Assembly: GCA_963743915.1 (NCBI GenBank)
Contig: CAVURN010000001.1
Coordinates: 832,001 to 896,000 of the forward strand
Length of the DNA: 64,000 nucleotides
Source: an uncultured Actinomycetota bacterium
GTDB taxonomy: Bacteria > Actinomycetota > Actinomycetes > JAHEKZ01
Direction of reading: 5' to 3'
The notes beneath the pieces were generated by a model. The model was given only the letters and a program-made list of their open reading frames with translations, did no database searches and was not told the origin of the DNA. The position numbers and the translations under genes are program-made. Of this stretch, positions 1 through 11,384 are shown one piece after another (position 1 is the first letter of the stretch; each line of letters begins with the position of its first letter).

Positions 1-615
1 TACCTCGGCATCATCGACCGGGTGCGCGCCGCGATCCCGGAGGCCGCGATCACCACTGACATCATCGTCGGCTTCCCCGGGGAGACCGAGGCCGACTTCG
101 AGCAGACGCTCGACGTGGTCCGCGAGGCGCGGTTCGCCGGCGCCTTCACCTTCCAGTACTCGCAGCGGCCCGGGACGCCGGCAGCGACGATGGACGACCA
201 GGTGCCGGCGGACGTGGTCAAGGAGCGCTACCAGCGGCTCACCGCCCTGGTCGACGAGGTCGCCTGGGACGAGGCCAAACGCCAGGTGGGGCGCACGCTC
301 GAGGTCCTGGTGGCCGAGGGGGAGGGTCGCAAGGACGACGCGACGGGGAGGCTGAGCGGCCGAGCCCCCGACAACCGGTTGGTGCACTTCGCGGTGACCG
401 GAGGGGACGTGCCGCGTCCGGGCGACGTGGCGACCGTCGAGGTCACCTACGCCGCGCCCCACCATCTGGTGGCCGACGGACCCCTCCTCGGCGTCCGGCG
501 TACCCCTGCCGGCGACGCCTGGGAGGGCCGACGGCTCGACACCGACTCGTGCGGCGCCGACGGCGCCGGTGCCACCGTCGGGCTGGGATTGCCCACGGTG
601 CCGGTGGCCCGCTGA
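1..615 (+). CDS. miaB: tRNA-2-methylthio-N6-dimethylallyladenosine synthase MiaB, C-terminal part (starts upstream of window)
   Basis: [15 protein letters not shown] and [12 protein letters not shown] radical-SAM C-terminal motifs plus TRAM domain ([11 protein letters not shown]); near miaA. Confidence 0.93.
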   Translation, partial: YLGIIDRVRAAIPEAAITTDIIVGFPGETEADFEQTLDVVREARFAGAFTFQYSQRPGTPAATMDDQVPADVVKERYQRLTALVDEVAWDEAKRQVGRTLEVLVAEGEGRKDDATGRLSGRAPDNRLVHFAVTGGDVPRPGDVATVEVTYAAPHHLVADGPLLGVRRTPAGDAWEGRRLDTDSCGADGAGATVGLGLPTVPVAR

Positions 616-1329
616 ATGCTGGTCGCCGCTGCGGTGCTCCCGCACCCTCCGCTCCTTGTCCCGGCGGTCGCCGCGGGCGCAGCTGCTCAGCTCGACGAGC
701 TGCGAGCGGCCTGCCACAAGGCGGTGGAAGCGGTGCTGTCGGCCGAGGTCGACGGTGTGCTGGTGGTCGGTGCCGGACCGCGGCGCGCGACGTTCGGGCC
801 TGGCGCCCGCGGCACCCTCAGCGGGTTCGGCGTCCCCATGGATGTCGGGGTGCCGGGAGCCCCGCCGTCCGGCGAGCCCGTCCTGCCGCTGTCGGCAACG
901 ATCGGCTGCTGGCTGCTCGCCGACCTCGTCGTGCCGGCACCGACCAGGGTCGAGGTCGTGCCAGAGGACGCCGCGCCGCACGATGCGGTTGCCCTCGGCG
1001 CCGAGCTGGTGGCCCCAGCCGGTCGGTGGGCTCTCGTGGTCATGGGGGACGGGTCGTCGGCGTTGACCGCCAAGGCTCCCGGCTACGTCGTGGAGGGCGC
1101 GGCCGGCTGGCAGGCAGAGGTCGAACGCATGCTGGCGACCGCTGACGTCGAGGGGCTGGCCGCGCTGTCACCGACGGAGGCGTCCCGCTTCCACGCCGCT
1201 GGCCGCGCTCCGTGGCAGGTGCTCGCCGGTGCCGCAGCCGACGGCACGTGGCAGAGCACGCTGCTGGCTGCCGAGGCTCCGTACGGCGTCGGCTACGTGG
1301 TCGCGACGTGGCTGCGTGGCACCGCATGA
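616..1329 (+). CDS. Class III extradiol dioxygenase subunit B (LigB)-like protein
   Basis: PHPPLLVP start, MGDGS and [10 protein letters not shown] motifs typical of the actinobacterial gene between miaB and miaA; ATG directly follows the miaB stop. Confidence 0.75.
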   Translation: MLVAAAVLPHPPLLVPAVAAGAAAQLDELRAACHKAVEAVLSAEVDGVLVVGAGPRRATFGPGARGTLSGFGVPMDVGVPGAPPSGEPVLPLSATIGCWLLADLVVPAPTRVEVVPEDAAPHDAVALGAELVAPAGRWALVVMGDGSSALTAKAPGYVVEGAAGWQAEVERMLATADVEGLAALSPTEASRFHAAGRAPWQVLAGAAADGTWQSTLLAAEAPYGVGYVVATWLRGTA

Positions 1330-2177
1330 CGCGGTGTGTCGCCGTCGTCGGCCCCACTGCCGCCGGCAAGTCCGACTGTGCACTGGACCTGGCCGAGACC
1401 CTCGGCGGTGAGGTGGTCAACGCCGACTCGATGCAGCTCTACCGGGGCATGGACATCGGGACGGCGAAGCTCCCGGTCGCCGAGCGACGCGGGGTGCCCC
1501 ACCATCTGCTCGACATCTGGCCCGTGACGCGGACGGCGACGCTCGCGGAGTACCAGACGCTGGCGCTGGAGGTGGTGGACGACATCGCTGGACGCGGTGG
1601 CGTGCCGATCCTGGTCGGTGGCTCGGGCATGTACGTCCACGCGGTGGTGGACCGCTGGGACATCCCCGGCACCGACGAGCGCGTGCGTGAGCGGTTGGAC
1701 GCCGAGCTCGCGGAGGTCGGACCCGAGGCGTTGCACGCGCGCCTGGCCGAGCGCGACCCGATCGCCGCGGCCGCGATCCTGCCGACGAACGGACGCCGCA
1801 TCGTGCGCGCACTGGAGGTGGTCGAGATGCGGGGGTCGTTCTCCGCGACCCTGCCACGGTTCGAGCCCAACCCCGACTGGCAGCTGATCGGCTTGCGAGT
1901 CACCAGGGACGAGCTCGACGAACGCATCGCGCGTCGGGTCTCCCACATGTGGGACGCCGGGCTGGTCGACGAGGTCCGCGGACTCGAGCGCGAGGGACTG
2001 CGCGAGGGCCGCACGGCGTCCCGCGCGCTCGGCTACGCCCAGGTGCTCGACGTCCTCGCGGGGGAGTGCAGCGAGGACGAGGCCCGCGAGGAGACGGTGC
2101 GCGCCACCCGTCGGTTCGCGCGTCGGCAGGAGTCGTGGTTCGGTCGCGACCCCCGCATCGAGTGGCGTCCGGCGTAG
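1326..2177 (+). CDS. miaA: tRNA dimethylallyltransferase
   Basis: GPTAAGKS P-loop, [35 protein letters not shown]; ATGA overlap with upstream gene. Confidence 0.96.
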   Translation: MTRCVAVVGPTAAGKSDCALDLAETLGGEVVNADSMQLYRGMDIGTAKLPVAERRGVPHHLLDIWPVTRTATLAEYQTLALEVVDDIAGRGGVPILVGGSGMYVHAVVDRWDIPGTDERVRERLDAELAEVGPEALHARLAERDPIAAAAILPTNGRRIVRALEVVEMRGSFSATLPRFEPNPDWQLIGLRVTRDELDERIARRVSHMWDAGLVDEVRGLEREGLREGRTASRALGYAQVLDVLAGECSEDEAREETVRATRRFARRQESWFGRDPRIEWRPA

Positions 2178-2188
2178 GCTCCGGTGCC

Positions 2189-3005
2189 GTGAGCGCGACG
2201 GGACCGGCTTTCCTCAAGGGCCACGGCACCGAGAACGACTTCGTCGTGATCCTCGACCCCGACGGCACCCACGGACTCACCTCGAGCCAGGTCAGCGACC
2301 TGTGCGACCGTCGTCGTGGGCTCGGCGCCGACGGCGTCCTGCGTGCTGCGCCCGGTGAGTCCGGCTGGTTCATGGACTACCGCAACGCCGACGGCAGTGT
2401 CTCGGAGATGTGCGGGAACGGGGCGAGGCTCTTCGCGCTGGCGCTGCGGGACGCGGGCCTGGTGACCGAGGCGACCTTCGCCGATCGAGACGCGTGGCGG
2501 CGTCCGCACCGCCACCGTGGAGGACAGCGCGGTGACGGTGTCGATGGGACGCGCCACCTCGGTGGACGTCGTGGCGGAGGTCCGCACGGAGCGCGGAACC
2601 TGGTCGGCGACGCCGGTGTGGGTGCCGAACCCGCACGCCGTGACCTGGGTGGACGCTCTGGACGACGCGGGATCGCTCACCGAGCCGCCCGCCGTGACGC
2701 CCGCCGACGTCTATCCCCAGGGCGTCAACGTCGAGTTCGTCGTCGGTCTGTCCGACCACCACATCGCGCTCCGGGTGCACGAGCGAGGCGTCGGCGAGAC
2801 CCGATCGTGCGGCACCGGCGCCGTTGCCGCGGCCTGGGCCTGGCGCCGACGGACGGGTCGCCCCGACGCGTCCATCGAGGTGGACGTCCCCGGCGGGACG
2901 GTCCACGTCACCGAGCACGCCGACGGCGAGCTCGACCTGCGAGGCCCTGCAGTGATCGTCGGACGCGGAACCATCGACGCCCGCTGGTGGAAGGAGCACG
3001 CGTGA
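2189..3005 (+). CDS. dapF: Diaminopimelate epimerase (one frameshift near 2483, probably a sequencing error)
   Basis: [10 protein letters not shown] and EMCGNGAR in one frame; [22 protein letters not shown] in the next. Confidence 0.92.
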
Positions 3006-3748
3006 CCGGCATGAGTGCGCGCGAGACCGCCGTCGCCGCCAAGGGGCCGATCGGCAGCCTCGGGGGCGCCTGGATGACCTCGGACGCCGAGGAGCAGGCC
3101 ACCGTCGACGCCGGGCTCGAAGGCTGGCAGCTGTACTTCCTGGCCCGGCACGGGGTCCTCGGCGACGTGGATGCCGACGTCGTGCTCGCGTCCGCGTACG
3201 TGTTTCCCGCCGACCACCTGCGCCGCCAGTGGGACGCTGCGCGACGGGTGATGACGCCCGATGCGGCGGTGGGCCGCTACCTCGACCTGCTGCACGACTG
3301 GGGCGCACAGCACCTGTCCGGCTTCGCCGGCGCTGCACGGCTCGCTGAGCTCGGCCAGCGGGTCATCGACGGGTCCGACGTCGTGGCGCTGCCACTCTTC
3401 GCCGGCTGGCGCGCCCTGCCGGTGCCCTCGTCAGCGCCGGAGCGCTGCGCCCACGTCTGCCAGGTGCTGCGCGAGCACCGCGGGGCATGCCACGGCGTCG
3501 CGCTGGCGGCGCTGGGGATGCCCCCGCTGACCGCCATCCTCACGAACATCGGAGGCGAGGCGAACGCCCTCGACTACGGCTGGGAGCCCCCGTTCCCGGA
3601 GCCGACCGACGCCGAGCGAGAGCTCCGGGTCCGGGTCGAGGAGCTGACCGACGACGTGGCGGCTCCGGCCTACGCCGCGCTCGATGACGCTGAGCAGGCT
3701 GAGCTGGTGAGCCTGCTGGACGCCGCCTCCACCCACGCCTTTGGCTGA
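3002..3748 (+). CDS. SCO6745-family protein
   Basis: [34 protein letters not shown] motifs; GTGA overlap with dapF. Confidence 0.7.
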   Translation: MTGMSARETAVAAKGPIGSLGGAWMTSDAEEQATVDAGLEGWQLYFLARHGVLGDVDADVVLASAYVFPADHLRRQWDAARRVMTPDAAVGRYLDLLHDWGAQHLSGFAGAARLAELGQRVIDGSDVVALPLFAGWRALPVPSSAPERCAHVCQVLREHRGACHGVALAALGMPPLTAILTNIGGEANALDYGWEPPFPEPTDAERELRVRVEELTDDVAAPAYAALDDAEQAELVSLLDAASTHAFG

Positions 3749-3901
3749 GCCACCCACGCCTGCCCGCCTGCCGGTGATCGGAGCAGAATCGTCATCTGGA
3801 GCCATCGATCAGCCCGCGAAAGTGACTGAGATGCTCCGATCACCGCGGCGGGCTTGGCGAAGGGGAAACCGACTTGCTGGGACATGAGATCCTGGGAACC
3901 G

Positions 3902-5350
3902 ATGGATCCCACCCCGGTCGGCGCCGCCGACTCCTCTGACACCGCGTCCGCGGACCCCGTGCCCCTGCACAGGGCCGGCGTGCCGGACACCGGCACCCTC
4001 GACCTCGAGGACCGCTCCGCGCTGCGCCGCGTCGGGGGCTTGTCCACCGAGCTGCAGGACGTCTCCGAGGTCGAGTACCGGCAGGTGCGGCTCGAGCGGG
4101 TCGTCCTGGTGGGCGTCTGGACGCAGGGGACCGTGACCGACGCCGAGAACTCGCTGCGCGAGCTGGCCGCGCTGGCCGAGACCGCGGGTGCCGACGTCCT
4201 GGACGGGGTGATCCAGCGCCGCGACAAGCCGGACGCCGCCACCTACATCGGGTCCGGCAAGGCGCGTGAGCTGCGGGACATCGTGATCGAGCACCAGGCC
4301 GACACCGTGATCTGCGACGGGGAGCTGACTCCCGGCCAGCTGATCCAGCTCGAGGACGTCGTCAAGGTCAAGGTGGTCGACCGCACCTGGCTGATCCTGG
4401 ACATCTTCGCCCAGCACGCCAAGAGCCGTGAGGGCAAGGCGCAGGTGTCACTGGCGCAGATGCAGTACCTGCTGCCGCGCCTCCGCGGCTGGGGTGAGTC
4501 ACTGTCACGACAGGCCGGTGGGCGCGCCGGTGGTGCCACCGGTGGGGTCGGCACACGTGGTCCCGGTGAGACCAAGATCGAGACCGACCGGCGTCGGATC
4601 CGGGACAAGGTGGCCAAGCTCCGCCGCGAGCTACGGGTCATGGAGACGTCCCGTGCCACCAAGCGTGGACGTCGACGCGCCAACCGCGTTCCGGCGGTGG
4701 CGCTCGCGGGCTACACCAACGCGGGCAAGTCGAGCCTGATGAACCGGCTCACCGGCGCCGGTGTGCTCGTCGACAACTCGCTCTTCGCCACGCTCGACCC
4801 GACCGTGCGCAAGGCGTTCACCGACGACGGTCGGCTGTACACGATCGCCGACACCGTCGGGTTCGTCCGCCACCTGCCCCACCAGCTGGTCGAGGCGTTC
4901 CGCTCCACGCTGGAGGAGGTCACCGAGGCGGACGTCGTGCTGCACGTGGTCGACGCCTCGGACGCCGACCCGGAGCGCCAGCTGCTGTCGGTGCGCGAGG
5001 TCCTCGACGAGATCGGGGCCGCGAACCTCCCGGAGATCGTCCTCATCAACAAGGCCGACCTCGCCGACGCGATTACGATCGCTCGGCTGCGCCGGCTCGA
5101 ACCGGGCGCGGTGGTCGTCTCAGCCCGCACCGGCCAGGGCATCGACGAGCTGCGCGCGCGGATCGAGGGCGCGCTCCCGCACCCCCCGGTGAACGTCGAG
5201 GTCCTGGTGCCCTACGACCGCGGCGACCTCGTGTCACGTCTGCACTCCGAGGGCGAGGTGCTGGGCGAGGAGCACCGCCCGGACGGCACCCTCGTGACGG
5301 CGCGCGTCCACCCCGACCTGGCGGCTGCCCTGCAGCCCATGCGCGTCTGA
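3902..5350 (+). CDS. hflX: Ribosome-splitting GTPase HflX
   Basis: GTRGPGETKIETDRR, GYTNAGKSS, LFATLDPT, DTVGF, NKAD; start codon approximate. Confidence 0.96.
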   Translation: MDPTPVGAADSSDTASADPVPLHRAGVPDTGTLDLEDRSALRRVGGLSTELQDVSEVEYRQVRLERVVLVGVWTQGTVTDAENSLRELAALAETAGADVLDGVIQRRDKPDAATYIGSGKARELRDIVIEHQADTVICDGELTPGQLIQLEDVVKVKVVDRTWLILDIFAQHAKSREGKAQVSLAQMQYLLPRLRGWGESLSRQAGGRAGGATGGVGTRGPGETKIETDRRRIRDKVAKLRRELRVMETSRATKRGRRRANRVPAVALAGYTNAGKSSLMNRLTGAGVLVDNSLFATLDPTVRKAFTDDGRLYTIADTVGFVRHLPHQLVEAFRSTLEEVTEADVVLHVVDASDADPERQLLSVREVLDEIGAANLPEIVLINKADLADAITIARLRRLEPGAVVVSARTGQGIDELRARIEGALPHPPVNVEVLVPYDRGDLVSRLHSEGEVLGEEHRPDGTLVTARVHPDLAAALQPMRV

Positions 5351-5356
5351 CCGCCG

Positions 5357-6514
5357 TCAGAGGCCACGGACGGCGTTGAAGGCGTCCTGGTAGCGGGTCT
5401 CCTCCTCCTCGTCGAGGGCGCGGAAGATGTGGCCCTGCGCCAGGAACTCCTCGCTCGGGAAGATCAGCTCGTTGTCGGCGAGCTCCGGATCGGTCTTGGC
5501 CAGCACCTCCTGTGCGCCGTCCACCGGGGTGATGAAGTTGACCCATGCCGCCACCTGGGCCGCGACCTCGGGCCGGTAGTAGTAGTCGATCCACTTCTCG
5601 GCGTTGGACTGGTGCAGCGCGCCGACGGGCACCAGCAGGTTGTCCGACCAGAGCACGAACCCGGACTCCGGGATCACCAGGGTGAGGTCGGGGTTGTCGA
5701 TCTGCAGCTGGTTGATGTCGCCGGAGTAGGTCATGGACGCTGCGAGGTCGCCCTTGGACAGCGCCTGCCCGTAGTTGGCGTCGGCGAACTGTCGGATGTG
5801 CCCGCTGTCCGCGGCGTCCTGCAGCAGGCCGAGCGCGGCGTCGAACTGCTCGTCGGTGAAGTCGGAAGGGTCGGCGCCCTGGTCGAGCATGATCAGGCCG
5901 ACGGTGTCGCGCATCTCGGTGAACACCGCCACCTTGCCCGCCAGATCAGGTCGGGTGAGCATCTCGGTGATGGACGCGATGGGGCTGTCGATCACCGACC
6001 CGTTGTAGGCGACGGAGGTGAAACCGGACTGCCAGGGCATCGACAGGCTCCGGTCCGGGTCGAACTCCGGTGACGCCAGCGACGGGATGAGGTTCTTGGC
6101 GTTCGGGATGGCGCTGCGGTCCAGCTCGTTGACGAAGCCCAGGCGGATGAGCCGAGCGGCCATCCAGTCGGTCAACACCATGAGGTCCCGTCCGATGCCC
6201 TCGCCCGACACCAGCTGCGGCCGCACCTTGGCGAAGAACTCGTTGTTGCCGGTGATGTCCTCGGTGTAGGTGACGTCGATGCCGGTCTCGTCCTCGAAGG
6301 CGGCGACGGTGGGGAAGGGATCGGGTCCCTTGCGGTCGGTGTCGATGTACAACGCCCAGTTCGAGACGCTCAGGGTGTTGTCGACCTCGGACATGTCCTC
6401 GGGAGCCGGCGCCGGCTCCTTCTGGCCGCAGCCGGCCAGCAGGGCCGAGGCTCCGGCGACGCCGCCGAGGAACGCGCGTCGGCCCAGGCGGGGGGAGTGA
6501 AGAGACGAGGACAT
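5357..6514 (-). CDS. PotD/PotF-like polyamine ABC substrate-binding lipoprotein, Tat-exported
   Basis: RRAFL twin-arginine signal and LAGC lipobox; SNWALYID, PWQSGFT, WSDNLLVP motifs. Confidence 0.88.
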   Translation of the reverse strand: MSSSLHSPRLGRRAFLGGVAGASALLAGCGQKEPAPAPEDMSEVDNTLSVSNWALYIDTDRKGPDPFPTVAAFEDETGIDVTYTEDITGNNEFFAKVRPQLVSGEGIGRDLMVLTDWMAARLIRLGFVNELDRSAIPNAKNLIPSLASPEFDPDRSLSMPWQSGFTSVAYNGSVIDSPIASITEMLTRPDLAGKVAVFTEMRDTVGLIMLDQGADPSDFTDEQFDAALGLLQDAADSGHIRQFADANYGQALSKGDLAASMTYSGDINQLQIDNPDLTLVIPESGFVLWSDNLLVPVGALHQSNAEKWIDYYYRPEVAAQVAAWVNFITPVDGAQEVLAKTDPELADNELIFPSEEFLAQGHIFRALDEEEETRYQDAFNAVRGL

Positions 6515-6531
6515 GGAACTCCTTTCGATGA

Positions 6532-6571
6532 CCGGTATTGAATCAGATTCAAGAATGCGATTCAATACCGG
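6532..6571. promoter_or_regulatory. Nested palindromic operator in the divergent promoter, likely bound by the downstream TetR/BetI-like regulator
   Basis: CCGGTATTGAATC (6532-6544) and GATTCAATACCGG (6559-6571) form a perfect inverted repeat; inner palindrome TTGAATCAGATTCAA at 6538-6552. Confidence 0.7.
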
Positions 6572-6586
6572 ATGAGGGGAGGCGTG

Positions 6587-8203
6587 ATGGACACGTTGCT
6601 GCGGGGCGGCAGGGTCTGGTCCGGTCGGGTCGACGGCTCCCGGCCTCGAGCGGGTGCCCTGCTGGTGCGGGGCGGTCGCATCGTGTGGATGGGGTCGGAC
6701 GCCGACGCCGCTGACCTCGCGTACGACGAGGTGATCGACCTCGGCGGCCGACTGGTCACGCCGGGGATCGTCGACGCCCACAACCACGTCCGGCTCGGCA
6801 CCGGCTCGGACGCGGTTCAGCTCGCGGGCGCCACCAGCCTCGCGGAGATCCATCGGCGGATCGACACCTGGCTGCACGCCCATCCCGGCACCCCCTGGGT
6901 GCACGGTGAAGGCTTCGACTACGCGGCGCTCCCGGACGCGCGGCACCCGCGGGCCGCGGACCTCGGTGACGCCGGCGGTGGCCGACCGGTGATGCTGCTC
7001 GACTACTCGGTGCACGCTGCCTGGCTGAACCGGCCGGCGTTGGAGGCGTTCGGCATCGGCGAAGGGTCGGGTGACGTGCCCTGGGGGACGGTCGAGCGGG
7101 ACGCGTCGGGGCGTCCGACCGGCTACGTCGCGGACTTCGCCGTCAAGGGGATCTCCGACGCGGGGCAGAAGGCGCTGCAGCAGGTCTCGCCGGCCTACTC
7201 GCTGGAGGCGCAGTACGGGCGAGTGGTGGCCGGGCTGCAGATGGCCGCCCGGTACGGGATCACCACCGTGGTCGAGCCCCAGAATGCCGTCGACGACCTC
7301 GCCTTGTTCGCCCGGGCGCGCGAGGAAGGACGCGCCCCCGTGCGGGTGGTGGCCGCGCTCTTCCATCCGGCCGGCACGACGGCGTCCGAGCTGGACGCGT
7401 TCGAGGAGGCGCGCCGTCGCCACGACGACGACTGGCTCAGGGTGGGCGCGGTCAAGCTCTACATCGACGACATCGTCGAGCCTCACACCGCAGCGATGTT
7501 CGAGCCGTACGCCAACCGACCTGACACCCGCGGACACACCTACTACGACCCGGCCGAGTTCGCCGACGTCGTCACCGAGCTCGATACGCGAGGCTTTCCC
7601 TGCTTCGTGCACGCCACCGGCGACCGCGGCATCAGCACCGTCCTGGACGCCTTCGCGGAGGCACGTCGACACAACGACAGCGACCTGCGTCACCAGGTGG
7701 TCCATGTCGAGTGCGTCACCGAGCGTGACCTGGACCGCTTCACCGCGCTCGGCGTCGTGGCCTGCATGCAACCGCGTCACTGCGCACCCGAGATCGTGCA
7801 GCAGTGGCGTGCCAACGTCGGCGAGCAGCGGTGGCGCTACGCGTGGCCGATGCGGAGCCTCGCAGAGCGCGGGGCCACGCTGGCGTTCTCCAGCGACTGG
7901 AACGTGGCCGAGATGGATCCACTCGTCGGCCTGTACACCGCGCTCACCCGCTCCGACCTGTCGGGCGCGCAGACCTGGGTGCCCGAGGAGCGGGTCGACC
8001 TGGCCACCGCGCTCCATGCCTACACCTGGGGCAGCGCCTACTCGGTGCACGCCGAGCGTGACCGGGGCCACCTGTCGGTGGGGGCCAGCGCAGACCTCGC
8101 GGTGTTCTCTCGCGACCTGTTCGCGCTCGAGCCGGCCGAGCTGCTCGAGACGCAGGTCGACCTGACGATGGTCGGTGGCGAGATCGTCCACCGTACGGTG
8201 TGA
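6587..8203 (+). CDS. Amidohydrolase (YtcJ-like, amidohydro_3)
   Basis: PGIVDAHNH, KLYIDD, HATGDRG, VHVE, SSDWNV metal-binding motifs; GGGAGG RBS. Confidence 0.9.
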   Translation: MDTLLRGGRVWSGRVDGSRPRAGALLVRGGRIVWMGSDADAADLAYDEVIDLGGRLVTPGIVDAHNHVRLGTGSDAVQLAGATSLAEIHRRIDTWLHAHPGTPWVHGEGFDYAALPDARHPRAADLGDAGGGRPVMLLDYSVHAAWLNRPALEAFGIGEGSGDVPWGTVERDASGRPTGYVADFAVKGISDAGQKALQQVSPAYSLEAQYGRVVAGLQMAARYGITTVVEPQNAVDDLALFARAREEGRAPVRVVAALFHPAGTTASELDAFEEARRRHDDDWLRVGAVKLYIDDIVEPHTAAMFEPYANRPDTRGHTYYDPAEFADVVTELDTRGFPCFVHATGDRGISTVLDAFAEARRHNDSDLRHQVVHVECVTERDLDRFTALGVVACMQPRHCAPEIVQQWRANVGEQRWRYAWPMRSLAERGATLAFSSDWNVAEMDPLVGLYTALTRSDLSGAQTWVPEERVDLATALHAYTWGSAYSVHAERDRGHLSVGASADLAVFSRDLFALEPAELLETQVDLTMVGGEIVHRTV

Positions 8204-8815
8204 GCGTGAGCATCCAGGGCGACGACAGCGCCGACCGGCCCGACCAGCGTCGGCGGGTGCTGCTGGCGGCGGTGGACGCGTTCGCCGAGCGCGGCGCGGA
8301 CGGCGTCCGGCTGAAGGACATCTCCGACCGGGTCGGCGATGAGCCCGGGGCACATCCTCTACTACTTCGGCCGCAAGGACCGGGTGCTGCTCGAGACGCT
8401 CCGCTGGAGCGAGACCGAGCTCGCCGAGCAGCGACGCGCTGAGCTCTCCCGGTTCCGCTCCCCGTGGCGAGCGGTCCAGCGGTTCGTCGACCTCTACCTG
8501 CCGGTGGCGTCGGACGACCCCCGCTGGAACCTCTGGGCGCAGGTCAGTGCCCGGCCGCCGGGCGACGCTCCCGGCCAGGCGCAGATCGCGGCGCTGGAGC
8601 AGGGCTGGGTCGACGACCTCGCCGACTGGGTGGCGAGAGGCGTCGACCGCCGTGACTTCGCCGCGGTGGACGCCGGTGCGTTCGCGCTGCGCTGGGTGCT
8701 GCTCATGAACGGGGTCGCCGAGCAGGTGCGGCTGCAGGTGCCGAGCCATGATGCGTCGTGGGCGCGGGGCTACTCGCTCGCCGGGATGGCCACCGAGCTC
8801 GGCGTCGACCGCTGA
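8200..8815 (+). CDS. TetR-family regulator, BetI-type C-terminus (frameshift near 8337)
   Basis: N-terminal HTH split over two frames (LKDISDRVG / MSPGHILYYFGRKD). Confidence 0.85.
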
Positions 8816-8869
8816 TGCGGCGTCTGTGGACGCCGCACCCTCCGCCGAGCGGCCCCCTACGCTGAAGCG

Positions 8870-11343
8870 GTGTCCGACACCCCCTCCGTGAACGCCCTGC
8901 TCGAGGCGGCCGTCGCCGCCATCGGCGGGACCCCGCGCGAGGGCCAGCAGCAGATGGCCGAGGCGGTGGCGGACGCGCTCGAGACCGGTGAGCACCTGCT
9001 GGTCCAGGCGGGCACCGGCACCGGCAAGTCGCTCGCCTACCTCGTCCCGGTGCTCGCCCACCACGACCGCGCCACGGTGGCCACGGCCACCATCGCGCTG
9101 CAGCGCCAGCTGGTCGACCGCGACCTGCCTCGGCTGGTCGAGGCGCTCGCCCCGCTGCTCGGACGGCGTCCGACCTTCGCGATGCTCAAGGGACGCAGCA
9201 ACTACCTCTGTCTGCACCGGCTGCGGTCGGGGGAGCAGGCGCCGGACGAGGAGGACGCGCTCTTCACGCCTTCGCCCACCTCCAAGGCGGGTCGCGACGT
9301 CCTGCGGATCCGTGAGTGGGCCGAGTCCACCGAGACCGGCGACCGGGACGAGGTCGTCCCCGCACCCGACGACCGAGCGTGGCGGAGCCTGTCGGTGACG
9401 CCTCACGAGTGTCTCGGTGCTCAGCGGTGCCCGTTCGCCGACGAGTGCTGGACCGAGGTCGCTCGCGAGCGCGCCCGCGACGCCGACGTCGTCGTCACCA
9501 ACCACGCGATGCTCGCGATCGACTCGCTCTCCGACGCCCGGCTGCTGCCCGAGTCCGACGTCGTCGTGGTCGACGAGGCGCACGAGCTGGCCGACCGCGC
9601 GACGGGAGCCGTCACCGACGAGCTCACCGCTGCCATGGTGGAGCGCGCCGCACGTCGCGGCCGGAAGTTCGCCGGCGAGGACCCCACCGAGCGGCTGCTG
9701 GACGCGGCGGCCGCCCTCGAGGGAGTGCTGGCCGAGGCACCGGAGGGACGGCTCACCGAGGTCACCGGGCGGCTCTTCGACGTGCTCGTCGCGGTGCGCG
9801 ACGCCGGGCACGATTCGCTGAGCGCGATCGGCACCGCCAAGGGCGGCGACGACGACCTCGCCACCCGCGTCCGCGCGCGCGCCGCGGTCGAAGAGGTGCA
9901 CGAGGTCGCCGGGCGCCTGGTGGTGGCCGGCGAGCAGGACGTCGTCTGGCTCAGCAAGCCCGAGCGGCGTCCGCCGACCCTCTACCGCGCGCCGCTCTTC
10001 GTCGGCGGCCTGCTGCGCGGGGGGCTCTTCGAGGAGCGCCGGGTGATCCTGACCTCGGCCACCCTCGAGCTCGGCGGCGGGTTCGAACCGCTGGCGCGCG
10101 GCGTCGGCCTGACCGGCGAAGGCGCGCCGGCATGGCGGGGGCTCGACGTCGGGTCGCCCTTCGACTACGGCAGGCAGGCGATCCTCTACATGGCGGCGCA
10201 CCTGCCCCAGCCCGGCCGCGACGGGCTCGCCGAGGAGACGCTCACCGAGCTCGCCGAGCTGGTCGAGGCGGCAGGCGGACGCACGCTCGGGCTGTTCTCG
10301 TCGATGCGAGCGGCACAGCAGGCCGCCGAGGCCATGCGCGAACGGCTCGACCTGCCGATCCTCTGCCAAGGGGAGGACGCCACTCCTGAGCTGGTGCGGG
10401 CCTTCGCCGCCGACGCCCGCACCTGCCTGTTCGGAACGCTCTCGCTGTGGCAGGGGGTGGACGTGCCGGGGTCCGCGTTGCAGCTGGTGGTCATCGACCG
10501 GCTGCCGTTCCCCCGTCCGGACGACCCGTTGGCCTCGGCCCGGGCGAGGTACGTCGAGACGCACGGGGGCAACGGGTTCATGGCGGTCTCCGCGACGCAG
10601 GCGGCGCTGCGGCTGGCGCAGGGCTCGGGGCGGCTGATCCGCTCCGCTGACGACCGCGGCGTCGTGGCCGTGCTCGACTCGCGGCTCGCCCGCGCCCGGT
10701 ACGCCGACTTCATCCGGGCGTCGCTGCCCCCGATGTGGCCCACGACCGACGGCGCCCTCGTGCGGGCGTCCCTCGCCAAGATCGATGCCACAGCACCCCC
10801 GGTGCTCCCCGTCCCCGAGCGCGTCCTGGGTGCTGCCTCCGCCGCGACGTCGGAAGCCAGCGACACCGGCAGCCGCCAGGGACGCCGCTGGACCGATGAG
10901 GAGGACGCCCAGCTCTCCGCCGGGTTCGCCGAGGGCACGCCCCGCGGCGCTGCTGGCCGACGAGCTGGGACGGACGCGATCGGCGATCGGCGGTCGGCTG
11001 AAGGCGCAGGGACTGGTGGCGCGGGTGGTCTGGCGCGACGGCGTCGCCGTGCCCAGCACCGACAAGGCCCTGGCGTACGCGCTGACCGAGGTGCCTCCGC
11101 CGCTGCGCACCTCCGTCGATGGCGGTCGCCGAGGCGCTCGAGGCCGACGACTGGGGTGTCGAGCCGGAGGGTGCGGCGCTCCGCGTGACCACCGACCCCG
11201 CCGGTGAGGAGCTCGACGCCCTGGTGGCGGTGGAATCGGCCGACCCGCTGCTGATGGGTCAGGCGTCCAGCCGGATCCTGGTGGCCGAGCTCGACGTGTG
11301 CCCGCCGGGCACGGACGCCGTCGTCGCGCCGCGACCCCGCTGA
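8870..11343 (+). CDS. dinG: DinG-family ATP-dependent helicase with a C-terminal extension (frameshifts near 10940 and 11115)
   Basis: QAGTGTGKS, KGRSNYLC, Fe-S cysteines, DEAH, TSATL, QGSGRLIR; coding-like sequence continues in other frames to 11343. Confidence 0.88.
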
Positions 11344-11384
11344 TGGCCACGCGACGATCCGGCCGGGCATGGCGACGGGCCCGA

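Noticed and set aside
1949-3748. Apparent DapF-SCO6745 fusion (599 aa)
   Set aside because: Produced by the dapF frameshift. The two genes have their own stop/start overlap at 3002-3005.
5357-11350. 1997-aa minus-strand ORF
   Set aside because: Only the last ~385 aa (binding protein) are real. The rest is the stop-poor antisense shadow of the amidohydrolase, TetR and dinG genes in high-GC DNA.
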